From: a virus
Virus record (IMG/VR): IMGVR_UViG_3300032087_004763
Coordinates: 78,382-142,381 of that record
Direction: 5' to 3' (one strand)
Length of the DNA: 64,000 nt
The translations under genes and the position numbers were made by a program. The notes below the pieces were generated by a model. That model did no database searches. It had not been told where the DNA came from and saw only the letters and a program-made list of their open reading frames with translations. How positions within the stretch are numbered: the stretch's first letter is position 1; the number at the start of each line of letters is the position of its first letter. Shown piece by piece: positions 9,701-19,278 of this stretch.

Positions 9701-11799
9701 TAATAAAGTTCTGCCTCAGCATTTTGTCTAACAACTAAACCATTTTTGTTCTCTGCAGCATTCATGATTTGGAATGTATTAGAGAGAACCTTTAGATTAC
9801 CAGTACCCTGATCATTAATATAACTATTAGACCCATCATGATAAATTTTAAGATCTGAATCAGCACCAAACGTTGCCATTACGTTATCACTAAAATTCAA
9901 ATTACCAGATGTTTTAGCGTCTTCTACATTACTTCTTAAAAATCCACTCGATTGAATATTGTCAAGCGTGTCTGCGTCTAATCCGTTACCGGATCCTTCA
10001 TCAGCAGTTGTTAATACTCTATTTCCAGAACTAGTGATAGTTCTATTGAAATCAAACTCAGCATTTGAATGATCGTATGTCAGTGATGGAGTGTCTACAA
10101 TGTTTGACCCACCCCATGTAATACCACCGCCATTCAGTGCAGAACTATCTGCTGCACTATCTCCAATGACAATGTTCTTGTCGTTAAGAGTAACGGTTGT
10201 AGAGTTAATTGTAGTCTGAGTTCCTTCAACTTGAAGGTTACCAAGAATCTTAACGGTCCCAGTTGCATCACCGATTGCTGCTGGATCAATGATAAACTCT
10301 GCAGGACCTCTTACCTGATTAAAGGTTGGATTTGCAGATGAGTCAAGTGGTTGAAAGTGAGCTTTTACTTCTGCAGCTGATGGACCGGTGTATGTAAATG
10401 CACCAGTTCCGCTATTATATGAAAAACTGCCATCACCGCCTGCATCGGTTGCAGAAAACATTCCACGCACATTAGCCGAGTCAATATCGATTGTACGATT
10501 AGCAGCAATTGTTCCACCACCAGTAAGACCTTTACCAGCAACTACGGATACGGTTGAGTGATCAATGTGTTCATTGGCTACGAATCCAGATAAATTATCG
10601 TGAACTATATCACCGTCTGTTGTAGTGATCTCTCCTGTAGTAGAATTGTATGTAATACCTGTACCACCGGATATGGCATTCTTTGCATCCGAATCAGCAC
10701 GGGCAGTCGTGTAATAAAGGTTACTACCTTCCGATAAATTACTGGTTGACTTTGTGGCTAGTCTTACATCAAATGCACTATCAGCCCTAACAGTGGTATA
10801 GTAAAGGTTCGTACCCTCTGGTAAGTTTGAGGTTGACGCATCTCCCAAGTCACTATCAAAATTTGCCTTAGTGTATACTTGTTCGACATCAAACGTAAAT
10901 TGACCAGTAGCAGAATTGTAACTTAAATCACCGCCTGCACTTAACGCCCCACGGATCTCCGAGATTCTATCATCTGAGTCATGGAATGTAGTTGCAAAAG
11001 AGTTGCCATCTGCAGTATTGATCGTAAAGACGCCAGTAGCTGAATCGTATGATGTGCTTGACACACCAGCAACATTAACAGTTCCGGCTGAATCAATCTG
11101 ACCTCGAGCATTAACTGTGAGGACTGGAACCTTAGACGCTGATCCATAGACAGCTGAGTCAACTCCGGTGTTTGTGATACTTAATGTATTTGATGCGCTA
11201 TCGAATGTAAGACCAGTTCCGCCAAGCGCAGTTTCATCAAGAGCCGTATTGAAATCAGAGTCAAAGTTTGCTTTCGAATAAGTTGCTTCGACGTCAATTG
11301 AAAACTCACCTGTAGAACTATTGTAGGTAATATCACCAGCACCACTGAAGAAGCTTCTGATCTGACTCTGAGATCCAGATAGATCAAACCCAACTGCGGT
11401 ACCAATAGAATCTGTAACAGAGAAAGTACCTGACTGATCTTTGATTGCAAGACCGCCAAGGTTCAGAGTACTACCACTTAGATATAAGTCCCTCCATTTT
11501 GCTGCAGCGGATCCGAGGTCATACGTGCTATCAGCCGATGGAATAAGGCTACTTGATATGGTGGTAAAGACTGGTGATGACGTATTTACGAATTTTTGTG
11601 ACGATGAATCAAACTGAATGAAGTCGTTATTTGAGGCGCCTGATATTACTACATCGCTAAGACCATCAAATGAAGATCCGGCTTGCACAACAGATCGAAT
11701 CGGCGTTCCAACCGTAATACTTTTGACAATAGTTGTTCTGTCTGTAGAGGTGACCTTGACCGATCCAATCGTTCTTCCAGATAAGGTAATCTTTGACAT
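6769..11799 (-). CDS. Long tail fibre protein (1676 aa)
   Basis: S/T/G-rich; repeated NLxEGxNLYYT, KANFDSD and GxxxDLxIYHxGSxSYI...KLETTxxGVTVTG modules; 22-bp internal repeat near 7640 and 8018. Confidence 0.85.
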   Translation of the reverse strand: MSKITLSGRTIGSVKVTSTDRTTIVKSITVGTPIRSVVQAGSSFDGLSDVVISGASNNDFIQFDSSSQKFVNTSSPVFTTISSSLIPSADSTYDLGSAAAKWRDLYLSGSTLNLGGLAIKDQSGTFSVTDSIGTAVGFDLSGSQSQIRSFFSGAGDITYNSSTGEFSIDVEATYSKANFDSDFNTALDETALGGTGLTFDSASNTLSITNTGVDSAVYGSASKVPVLTVNARGQIDSAGTVNVAGVSSTSYDSATGVFTINTADGNSFATTFHDSDDRISEIRGALSAGGDLSYNSATGQFTFDVEQVYTKANFDSDLGDASTSNLPEGTNLYYTTVRADSAFDVRLATKSTSNLSEGSNLYYTTARADSDAKNAISGGTGITYNSTTGEITTTDGDIVHDNLSGFVANEHIDHSTVSVVAGKGLTGGGTIAANRTIDIDSANVRGMFSATDAGGDGSFSYNSGTGAFTYTGPSAAEVKAHFQPLDSSANPTFNQVRGPAEFIIDPAAIGDATGTVKILGNLQVEGTQTTINSTTVTLNDKNIVIGDSAADSSALNGGGITWGGSNIVDTPSLTYDHSNAEFDFNRTITSSGNRVLTTADEGSGNGLDADTLDNIQSSGFLRSNVEDAKTSGNLNFSDNVMATFGADSDLKIYHDGSNSYINDQGTGNLKVLSNTFQIMNAAENKNGLVVRQNAEAELYYNGVERFATTEGGVNVVGSLVADSATVTNLTLPDDGLINLGDNNDLRLDHTGSVSRIRSYTGELQITQNANDQDVSIRTDDGTGSTALYFKADGSEGKVRLYYYGTEKLTTESDGVTVTGSLIADSISLADNARIKLGDANDLQIYHNGSHSYIDEGGTGSLIFKTSQILFKNPADNEQMASFTANGDVKLRYDNVTRLETTEGGVTVTGSLVADSINLGDLNRLTFGAGEDLKIYHNNSSNINFIDGTGSTIIRGNWLYLRKSGSTENFLICKGDGAVEVYHDNSKKLETTAYGATVTGSLVSDSVSTGPLNLTGIVTQTTTSSTSNLTGTWRYERTPGQTNIELRPNAAYTGWHPNILMRSQQSGTAMYMLTNGNRVGIGQYDAGTGGTPRDMSAMITFQPSADSTPRLDIGDAGSVNGELGIGGNVILGDSLGFSTSELIQSTAAIELSGGVTYDPAGGGPDTANDVGIALTTGTRIIGADNGYIRTLLEWNQSNALEIGQSGTALINHTKIFGGTNGVELYESTAKKLETTPYGVTVTGTVNADSATISGNLTVDTNTLVVDAANNKVGINVASPQRSFHIVDQNVGVATTYGVAVVEATDAQFDLVSSSDGTWGSSINFVEGASTSANTDVWSIARKTTGGAGDGSLHFNFGTVNQHNNSNKMILSNSGDLTVVNDLTVDTNTLHVDAANNRVGIGLTAPTSPLTIKSSSVSSTSSGLSIQANSSTNDIVRIAEKSTNGGRFHMYDSGVEKIAFYTDGTDNHISAGNLGLGTTSPTEKFEVYPDTDISAVIGRAHIGYMGFSDIAGFSHVDKNSTNDYALIQNGSGQVWLNASSGQNMNFRINNGQKMTLSGSSFDIDVPVTIGAFGSYTLDGDSAEVASVSQTSIAEFAHASYCGAKFIVTASQGTKRQISELLVTHDGTTAVATEYGTITTDSDLATYDVDISGSDVRLLATGTSATSTRYKVVETLIEA

Positions 11800-11807
11800 G
11801 ATCTACC

Positions 11808-12162
11808 TCACTTAGTTACAGAAGGACTGACTTGGATTCTACCTTCTAAAATCCTTTCTCTGATAGTTGTCGCACTTGAATCTAGATAAGATATCTCTAC
11901 ATCATAAACATATCGACCTGCTTTTAATGCATCAGTTTGAGTGTTTGTTAGACTCAAAGAAATAATGCCGTCCGTCGGAGGACTTGCAACAATTGCAGTG
12001 AATGCAGTTGTGTCAGAATCGCCGCTATTGTAGTTCTTCTTCATCTTAGCTGCGACTGAATGATCGGTCAGATTTTTCTTTGCACCTTGAGTGTCGACGC
12101 ATTCTAATTGTATAGTGACGTCTGCACCCTGATCTATGGTGAATTCTTCGTAAGTGGCCATG
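11808..12162 (-). CDS. Virion structural protein (BppU-like, fibre/baseplate attachment)
   Basis: IDQGAD...LKAGRYVYDVEI...RILEGRIQVSPSVT; start at MATYEEF after GAGG. Confidence 0.7.
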
Positions 12163-12226
12163 AAATACCTCGGTGATTTCTTTGTCGGACTTTCGCCCCT
12201 GCCTTGGATAAATAGACAATATAGTT

Positions 12227-12234
12227 TATTTATA
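12227..12234 (-). promoter_or_regulatory. T4-type late promoter TATAAATA
   Basis: Consensus upstream of the fibre operon. Confidence 0.7.
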
Positions 12235-12261
12235 ATACTTTGTTTTAGAACGGAGAAATTT

Positions 12262-12546
12262 ATGGCAAGATATATTGTCACATCAAAAGTCATTGGTGAT
12301 CCAACAACAAATCCTAAATTAAGTACCTTTAGTAACGGTCAAGCAACTACTATACTAGGAGAATATGTCGCTGCTGGAAAATTAGAGGTCTTATTTGACA
12401 CAATTAGTGGTAATGAAAGAACGATCTCGCTGGCATTTAAGAATAAAACTACTTGCACTGAAGTAAGATCGAAGCTCAAAGCACTTGGCGATTTTCGTAG
12501 AACTGATGTCAACTGGGAGATTCTCAGTGAAGGATTTGAAAGTTAA
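12262..12546 (+). CDS. Hypothetical protein heading a plus-strand accessory operon
   Basis: GGAG RBS before ATG 12262; stop overlaps the next start. Confidence 0.6.
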   Translation: MARYIVTSKVIGDPTTNPKLSTFSNGQATTILGEYVAAGKLEVLFDTISGNERTISLAFKNKTTCTEVRSKLKALGDFRRTDVNWEILSEGFES

Positions 12547-13097
12547 TGGAATACTATAAGACTCGCCTTCCTTACAATCAGGAAGAGTTGCAGAATCTAT
12601 TTGATGAGATAGATGAGCAACTGGAGTACATTTACTATGGTAGGAGTAAGAAATCTGGTTTGTTCCAGGGTATTATTCCTGAGTGCGAGATAACTAAAAA
12701 TATCATGGATGACATTGAAGGGTCATTACATTGTTCATTTATAAAAGTAAATCCTGGGTGTGATTTGAAAGCGCATACTGATACAAGAGGAGTTGGAATC
12801 AACTATCCTGTCCGTGTACCCGAGGGAAGCTACAATATACAATACGACGCCGAAGCCGAAGGAACAAGAATCCGCCAAGCTTACATGGGAAGAAGCAAGG
12901 AGTCAACAGCACAACTTTTTCTCAAAGCAAAAGAGATCTCAAGGTTTTATCTTGACCAGCCAACGGTGTTAAATACACATGTTCCTCATGGAGTCACGGG
13001 TGGTGATACACAACGAGTCGTATTGAGTGTTTCAATGAAGCCCGAGTACGATGAGTTTAATGATGTAGTTGAGAGGTTACAGGCAAGTGGATTCTAA
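12546..13097 (+). CDS. Cupin/2OG-Fe(II) oxygenase-like protein
   Basis: HTD...PH facial triad and R.VLSVS end. Confidence 0.65.
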   Translation: MEYYKTRLPYNQEELQNLFDEIDEQLEYIYYGRSKKSGLFQGIIPECEITKNIMDDIEGSLHCSFIKVNPGCDLKAHTDTRGVGINYPVRVPEGSYNIQYDAEAEGTRIRQAYMGRSKESTAQLFLKAKEISRFYLDQPTVLNTHVPHGVTGGDTQRVVLSVSMKPEYDEFNDVVERLQASGF

Positions 13098-13758
13098 AAC
13101 ACAACAACTAATCGTATTTTATTCAGTGCAAGTGTTAGCACTCTTTGCACTCGTATCTTTGCAACCAAACTTTATTCTTCTGTTCTTTGGTTGGATCACA
13201 TTCTGTGGTCTTGCATCTGCAGTCATTATGCATCGAGGCCTAGCACATCGAACATTTAAAGTAAGTCCGTGGATGACGATACTATCATGTCTTGCGGTAC
13301 AGGGTTCTCCGTTATGGTGGATTGCAATTCATCGCAGACATCATGATCACACTGATGGAGACCTCGATGTACATTCACCTAATCACGGAATATTCCATAG
13401 CTATATCGGATGGTTACACAAGGACGTAAAGATTAATCCACGATATATCAAAGACTATCTAAGAGATTCGACCACTAAAAAAATTGACAAATACTATGTA
13501 CATATCGTCGCGTTTATGTTATTATTGTGTTTAGTGTTCCCATCCCTTATTTGGTTCTGGTTAGTTCCTGCAGCCTGGAGTTTCCATCAGGAAGCGATAG
13601 TTAACCTGTTCTGTCACTACAAAAAGATTCGTAATATCGAGTGGCTGGGTCTTCTCACATGGGGTCAGGCAATCCATAAAAATCATCATGACAAGCAAAA
13701 CACGTTTCTCTTTGGTAAGAATGATCCATGCAAAATTTTTACGTGGTTGACAAACTAG
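13087..13758 (+). CDS. Membrane fatty acid desaturase (delta-9 type)
   Basis: His boxes HRGLAH, HRRHH, HKNHH; QGSPLWW and D.HSP motifs; transmembrane stretches. Start approximate (GTG 13087). Confidence 0.9.
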   Translation: MDSKTQQLIVFYSVQVLALFALVSLQPNFILLFFGWITFCGLASAVIMHRGLAHRTFKVSPWMTILSCLAVQGSPLWWIAIHRRHHDHTDGDLDVHSPNHGIFHSYIGWLHKDVKINPRYIKDYLRDSTTKKIDKYYVHIVAFMLLLCLVFPSLIWFWLVPAAWSFHQEAIVNLFCHYKKIRNIEWLGLLTWGQAIHKNHHDKQNTFLFGKNDPCKIFTWLTN

Positions 13759-14228
13759 AACTCCCACTATGGCAAAAAGAGTTTGATGACTTCATTCAGT
13801 ATCAGCAAGAGAGCGGCCACCGACTTGCGAAGAACTATCGATATGATTACTTACAAAGGTCTGATGAGTTAACAATACTTGTAGATGACGACGACCGCAT
13901 CGCTGGTCTCGCCTGCATGCTAAAATGGAATGATGTTGCGACCCGAGTAATGTATCGCTGGGCGAGAGACCGAAGAATTGAAAGAACTGACCACGTGTAT
14001 GGCGATCTATCAAAAGCTATATTATCACATCAGCTTCCACTTGTAAACACTCCTTATGCATTTATTGGCCTCGATGGTAATCGTAAAAGGACAAATAAGA
14101 AGTGGGCGGATGCTGCAGGTTGGCAGGTAACAGAGGGAAGAGTACTACCCAAACATCATCAGCATATAGCTTATATTAAACTCAAGGAGACAGATGAACC
14201 ATTCGCCTGTGAAAGAGCTTGGCCTTAG
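13728..14228 (+). CDS. Hypothetical protein, possibly GNAT-fold
   Basis: Overlapping operon member; alpha/beta pattern only weakly GNAT-like. Confidence 0.4.
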   Translation: MQNFYVVDKLELPLWQKEFDDFIQYQQESGHRLAKNYRYDYLQRSDELTILVDDDDRIAGLACMLKWNDVATRVMYRWARDRRIERTDHVYGDLSKAILSHQLPLVNTPYAFIGLDGNRKRTNKKWADAAGWQVTEGRVLPKHHQHIAYIKLKETDEPFACERAWP

Positions 14229-14634
14229 ATTAATTAATCCACCACCAGCAATCAACTGGAAACGATTTAGATATGAATCTTATGCCTGGGACATTATACG
14301 ATATCCTACCAACTATCCTACTCTCAATGTAAAAAGATATAGACAACATATTGGTATAAGTATTCCAGAGCATAAGGATACAATTGAGTATTGTTCATAT
14401 AACTGGAAGATTTTAGGTGATGAACCAATCGTAATTGATGGTAAAGAATATCACTATGAGTCTGCTTTAGTAGATGTATCACGGCCGCACTCAGTACCGG
14501 CGTCAGGTAAGACAAGAGAGATATTTCGAATATCCTCGGTATCAAAATCCTATGAAGAGATATTAGAGCAACTAAGCTATTTTAAATATGGACAGGAAGT
14601 AACATACGAAGAGATGCTTGAGGCGATGGCATGA
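14194..14634 (+). CDS. Cupin/2OG-Fe(II) oxygenase-like protein
   Basis: PEHKD...PHSV...R.IFRIS. Confidence 0.6.
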   Translation: MNHSPVKELGLRLINPPPAINWKRFRYESYAWDIIRYPTNYPTLNVKRYRQHIGISIPEHKDTIEYCSYNWKILGDEPIVIDGKEYHYESALVDVSRPHSVPASGKTREIFRISSVSKSYEEILEQLSYFKYGQEVTYEEMLEAMA

Positions 14635-15095
14635 TTATCGAATTGTTAGAAACCGATCAAGAGATTGATTTAGAATATCTAAGACTTGAATATAAGCATG
14701 CGCCAAAGGTAGTAAAGAATAATCGTGCGGGTGTTAATCTCAAAGCAGTTGAGGGTGTTGATCCGCTCGAGGCGATGTATGACATCAACGTAGGTGAATA
14801 TGAGTGGCTCATTAGCGGTTACACTAAGGAACTAATAGAGTCACTCGGAGAGTTTACTAGATGTAGGTATCTCTCTATTGGACCACAGTTTTGTATGAAG
14901 ATCCATTCAGATTACAAAGAGAGATACCATATTCCCATACACACAAACGAATATTGTGGATTTTTTGATAAACATCTAAACACATATAAGATGGAAGTGG
15001 GTAAGCTATATCGCCTCAACGCTACACACCCGCACTCGGCATTCAATATCGATAGGAATGAATGGAGAACTCATCTCATCCTAGAAAAAGCTTGA
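14631..15095 (+). CDS. Aspartyl/asparaginyl beta-hydroxylase-like 2OG-Fe(II) oxygenase
   Basis: HSD...RYHIPIHTN...HSAFN...RTHLI pattern. Confidence 0.75.
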   Translation: MIIELLETDQEIDLEYLRLEYKHAPKVVKNNRAGVNLKAVEGVDPLEAMYDINVGEYEWLISGYTKELIESLGEFTRCRYLSIGPQFCMKIHSDYKERYHIPIHTNEYCGFFDKHLNTYKMEVGKLYRLNATHPHSAFNIDRNEWRTHLILEKA

Positions 15096-15773
15096 GTAAT
15101 GTCTCCAACTATCAGGCCTATTCATCATATGAGTGAAATGAACGTATTTAATATCTGGATGAAACTCATCTAAAAATATATAATCATTTCCGGTAACATC
15201 GATGTATTGATTTGTGATTTTACTTTGCCATCTAGCATAGTCAAAAGAATCCATTTGCTCATTACTCATCCATCTTGTAAACCACGCATTTGGCATTAGT
15301 TTTAGTTTTAGGTTTTTCTTTACGTGGTCTTCTACAAAGAACTGCTCACCATTTACAGGGCCTTTTGTAGTACCGTTTTCAATATAGTGCCTTTGCCACT
15401 TGTCAGTATTCGACATAAACTCATCATAGATATATCGGCAGTCTTGAGGATAGTATTTAAAAAAACCGCCATTGATTTTATAATCGGGAGTTGAATCTCT
15501 CCACCATCCTGGCATAGCAACAAACTCACCACGTTCGATAGGATATTCAAATATCTTCTTGTAGTCATTCACCAAAAGCACATCGATATCCATAACACAG
15601 ATTGGTTCATCAATATCGAGTGACATACCGTACATCTTATTCCATTGTAAGATTACATCATCACGTATCGGTTCGCGAATCCAAATAAACTCATATTCAG
15701 GTAGTTTAGATTCTAGATAAGTTTCGTACTCAGGCCCATATCGATCACCGATTCTAACTGCTACTATCTTCAT
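15081..15773 (-). CDS. Glycosyltransferase (GT-A)
   Basis: G.RY..EY, WNKM, MDIDV (DxD), INGG, GEQ, VHF motifs. Confidence 0.7.
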   Translation of the reverse strand: MKIVAVRIGDRYGPEYETYLESKLPEYEFIWIREPIRDDVILQWNKMYGMSLDIDEPICVMDIDVLLVNDYKKIFEYPIERGEFVAMPGWWRDSTPDYKINGGFFKYYPQDCRYIYDEFMSNTDKWQRHYIENGTTKGPVNGEQFFVEDHVKKNLKLKLMPNAWFTRWMSNEQMDSFDYARWQSKITNQYIDVTGNDYIFLDEFHPDIKYVHFTHMMNRPDSWRHYSSFF

Positions 15774-16828
15774 CAACTTACTGCTATAATACCTTCGTCA
15801 TTTTTCATAGAGCATATTCTTTTACACTTACTCATTGCTGTAGATTTATCTTCTAATGATTCAAAGAGTAAATAAGAAAACCATTCGCTATTTACTATTT
15901 CCTTTAATGATTTGTCTTTTAGCATAAAGTTTCCATTAAGAAAAGACTTCCATATTCCTGTTGGTTCTACTTCACTGTGTGACCCAAGGTAACAGCATGG
16001 ATAGACTTGCGTGGTATTTAATATTTGTAAAGAACCTGCTTCAGCTTTTACACAAGTAATATAATCATAGTCTTCAGCTAAATGTACAGTCCTGTGATCC
16101 CTAGTTCTTCTTCTTAGTGCTTTGGGGTCTCTTCTAAATCTAGGATTAGTAGACTGTTCTAAACTCTCGAGCTCGCCATTTTCATTCTTAAATTCCCATA
16201 TTGGCCCCTGTTTAAACCTATTCGATTCTATAGGAAGTACATCAAAGCATCCATAGTCATTAACCATTTTTACAATGTCGTCAAAATATTTTTCATTGTG
16301 TTTGAATATGATCGTTAAAACTGTAACTCTAGCTCCACTTAATGCAAAGGACTGTAAATTGTTTAAAACTTTTTTTAAATCAGTTCCTCTTCTATATTTT
16401 TCATGCATTTCTTGATTAATACCATCAACGTCAAAAGTCACTTTTAATCTATCTGAATCAATACTCCCTAGTTTATACCACCAGTCTTCATCACGCATAC
16501 TACCATTACTATTCATTGAAACTGTAGTCAACGAAGAACTTTGAAAGATATATTCAACTATTTCGAGTATATCTTTGCACATCCCTGGATCACCATACGT
16601 ACCAGAGAAGTGAATATTTTTGATATGATTTAGATCCTCGACACTAAAATATGATTTAAAATCGTCAATACTCCATGAGTTGATTTCAAACGGTCTCTTA
16701 GTAGATTTCCCTAATGTTCCCCACCTATCAGTCCTGAGACATTGAGGGCATTTAGCATTACAATATGTAGTTGCCTCAACAATGAGAGATAAAGATTTAT
16801 TTTCGTATGCTTCTGCCCAAGTCTTCAT
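15773..16828 (-). CDS. Radical SAM protein with Cys-rich twitch/SPASM-like tail
   Basis: CNAKCPQC, G..GDP, YPCC and C..IC motifs. Confidence 0.9.
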   Translation of the reverse strand: MKTWAEAYENKSLSLIVEATTYCNAKCPQCLRTDRWGTLGKSTKRPFEINSWSIDDFKSYFSVEDLNHIKNIHFSGTYGDPGMCKDILEIVEYIFQSSSLTTVSMNSNGSMRDEDWWYKLGSIDSDRLKVTFDVDGINQEMHEKYRRGTDLKKVLNNLQSFALSGARVTVLTIIFKHNEKYFDDIVKMVNDYGCFDVLPIESNRFKQGPIWEFKNENGELESLEQSTNPRFRRDPKALRRRTRDHRTVHLAEDYDYITCVKAEAGSLQILNTTQVYPCCYLGSHSEVEPTGIWKSFLNGNFMLKDKSLKEIVNSEWFSYLLFESLEDKSTAMSKCKRICSMKNDEGIIAVS

Positions 16829-17385
16829 TTACCTACTACCATGAATCGATTAAATTTTTCTAATTTCAATTCACCAGCATAGTGTATATCAATAAAGTCC
16901 AGTTCGTCTAAAAAATCATCTAAACTATTTTTACAATTAATGTGTTCATCAATCTCAAAGTAGTTATTTGATTGTAATGTAATCCAGCTTCTATGTTCAT
17001 TTATTTCCAATATTTTATTTATGTAATCCTGTTCTACATGCTCACAGCTGGTACATATAACAGAATTAAATAAACCATTTTTCTTCCTAAAGTAGTCTAA
17101 CATATCATCAGTAGCAAACTCAACATCAGGATATAGAATCTTTCCATATTTTTTACAGCCTGGATCTATATCAACAGATCTGGCGTTTCCTAATTTATTC
17201 GCTAGATTACCATACCAACCACCGAGTATCAAATGATGATCGGCTTCATTTGGAATATGTTCTACCAACCACTCCTTACTTTTCTCTTGGTTTTCATTAA
17301 CGCTGTTTATGACATCTAAGATTCTAAATGGATCATCATAATATGCTTTTTTAATTGCCTTGAAAATATTGTCCAAAATCTTCAC
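16825..17385 (-). CDS. Class I SAM-dependent methyltransferase
   Basis: LILGGWYG, SVDID, ICTSCEH, LQSNN motifs. Confidence 0.75.
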   Translation of the reverse strand: MKILDNIFKAIKKAYYDDPFRILDVINSVNENQEKSKEWLVEHIPNEADHHLILGGWYGNLANKLGNARSVDIDPGCKKYGKILYPDVEFATDDMLDYFRKKNGLFNSVICTSCEHVEQDYINKILEINEHRSWITLQSNNYFEIDEHINCKNSLDDFLDELDFIDIHYAGELKLEKFNRFMVVGK

Positions 17386-17887
17386 CGTTATACGTTACAA
17401 GAGGGGTTGGTTCTTTCCAAGGATTTGCATGAGACGACATAATACCATCTTCGAACAAATCATAGTCGATCTTTTCCCAAAATAAAAACCTATCTACACC
17501 TTTATACTTTCGCATAAAGAAGTCTTTATTCTTGAGAAAGTAATCCCATATATGTGATTGATCTCCTTCCCAATACATCATCGATGAGTTAATAATAGTA
17601 TTGCCACTCCTCCAATAATATTTTGGATTGTCTCTTTTCCAGTATGCTGACCAGATAAGAAAAGGTTTTTTCTCAAAATGAGGAATAGGTCCATGAACAA
17701 TAGTATCTATGTCAATATAGAGACATGGGCCAGGAATCGTAAATAACGCCATTTTATTCCAGACGCCATTTAGTTTAAGAAGCTCACCTCTATAAGTGAT
17801 ATGTTCATCAGCAGGAATTGCGTTATGAATAGCATCGTTCATATCGTCGGTAAATTTATCACCAACGTTACATGTTATGAGTTTCAT
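17351..17887 (-). CDS. Glycosyltransferase (GT-A)
   Basis: WNKMALF, YIDID, INSSMMYW, GVDRF. Confidence 0.7.
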   Translation of the reverse strand: MKLITCNVGDKFTDDMNDAIHNAIPADEHITYRGELLKLNGVWNKMALFTIPGPCLYIDIDTIVHGPIPHFEKKPFLIWSAYWKRDNPKYYWRSGNTIINSSMMYWEGDQSHIWDYFLKNKDFFMRKYKGVDRFLFWEKIDYDLFEDGIMSSHANPWKEPTPLVTYNGEDFGQYFQGN

Positions 17888-18345
17888 TCTATGAATTTAA
17901 TAAGCTCTGAAATTACTTCTTTGTATGTTTTAGCTTGTCTTAGTTTAGTCTTTGATCTACTAGAGTCTGCAACTATGGACGATTCAAATATAACCAATTT
18001 AAATTCGAATAGCTCTTTTTTATCAATCTGATCTGCATCGCGAGTAAGTGCATTTAATAATTCTGTAGCCAAAGTCGAATTGTTTTCGGTATAGATTAGT
18101 CCGTCTTCTTTTGCAATCTGAATAACTGCTTGTTTAAATGCCTTCCTTTGGATTTTACGCTCTTCTACAGTATTATTATAGATGTCGTCTAGGGATGTGT
18201 GATTAAGTAGTTCTTGATATCTATGATGACTAGTATCATTTAGTATGTTTTCTTCTATCTCTTTATCACCATCTAACCAAGTTATTTGAATAGTGTCTTC
18301 ATTTGCATTAGTAAAATATGCGTTCTTATATACCCAATGTTTCAT
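17884..18345 (-). CDS. Hypothetical protein
   Basis: ORF coupled to neighbours. Confidence 0.6.
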   Translation of the reverse strand: MKHWVYKNAYFTNANEDTIQITWLDGDKEIEENILNDTSHHRYQELLNHTSLDDIYNNTVEERKIQRKAFKQAVIQIAKEDGLIYTENNSTLATELLNALTRDADQIDKKELFEFKLVIFESSIVADSSRSKTKLRQAKTYKEVISELIKFIE

Positions 18346-18346
18346 A

Positions 18347-19276
18347 TTATGATCTGTGAATCCTCAAAAAATATGTTGCTATCGTTTGGGGTGAACCTGC
18401 AGGCACATCTTGTGCTCTATAGTCATTAGCACTAACTTCTAATTGTCTTGTTGTTTGACTGTCTAATCTTGTATCTACCATACCAGATCCACGCGTCTCG
18501 CCACTACCAGAAGCTCCAATATTATATGATAGCTGATAGCCACTCGTGTTTGTTACGACATATCTTATATATGCTTGTAGTAATGAATCAAAGTCTGATT
18601 TAGAAAACGTCTGAAAATTATCACTTACTGTTAGATTTGCAATTGGCCTATTATATGACGCCTCAGCTCCGTCGATCTGCATAAGATAGTAACTTTGAAT
18701 CGTAGTTGGCTGATCAGCGGTCTCATTTACAGTATTATACGCTGCAGCATTTGCCCTTGTGTCTTCGTAAACAGGATTTGATGAGACTAACGTATGACCA
18801 GCGAGAGATGTATCAGTATGTATTCGATACGTGCCACCCTGAGCAGTTCCTGTAGAAGCCGAAGCTAAATTAATTGCAGCAGGTAAGATGAAAGTATCTA
18901 GAAAATCTTGATCAGTCATTACTCTTAGCGCACTACCAGTCCAATACATCGGTCTTGTAAATCCACTTGGAAGGGTTGCCGCTGATGTTGATGCAACAGT
19001 TTGAGCAGTACGATTTATATCAATTGTTTTAGTAGATACATTAGGTGGATTAGGATACGGATTTCCGGTTGCGTTAGACGATGTACTACCAGCAATCAGT
19101 CGAGTATCACTAATTTGACCGATGTTTGGAGATACATTTGATGAGCTTACTGATAATGTAACAGAAGGATTCAACGAATACTGATATGAGACTTGTGCGA
19201 CAACTTCATCCACTTGTGCGGATGACATTTCTCGCAGGTTTCCAGCGCTAAAGTATAATGGACTTCTAACAGCCAT
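18347..19276 (-). CDS. Virion structural protein
   Basis: S/T/A-rich; in structural operon. Confidence 0.6.
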   Translation of the reverse strand: MAVRSPLYFSAGNLREMSSAQVDEVVAQVSYQYSLNPSVTLSVSSSNVSPNIGQISDTRLIAGSTSSNATGNPYPNPPNVSTKTIDINRTAQTVASTSAATLPSGFTRPMYWTGSALRVMTDQDFLDTFILPAAINLASASTGTAQGGTYRIHTDTSLAGHTLVSSNPVYEDTRANAAAYNTVNETADQPTTIQSYYLMQIDGAEASYNRPIANLTVSDNFQTFSKSDFDSLLQAYIRYVVTNTSGYQLSYNIGASGSGETRGSGMVDTRLDSQTTRQLEVSANDYRAQDVPAGSPQTIATYFLRIHRS

Positions 19277-19278
19277 GG

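Noticed and set aside
6769-11799. Fibre repeats as a CRISPR array or DGR template/variable repeat
   Set aside because: Repeats are in-frame protein modules without regular spacers or adenine-specific divergence; no reverse transcriptase is present.
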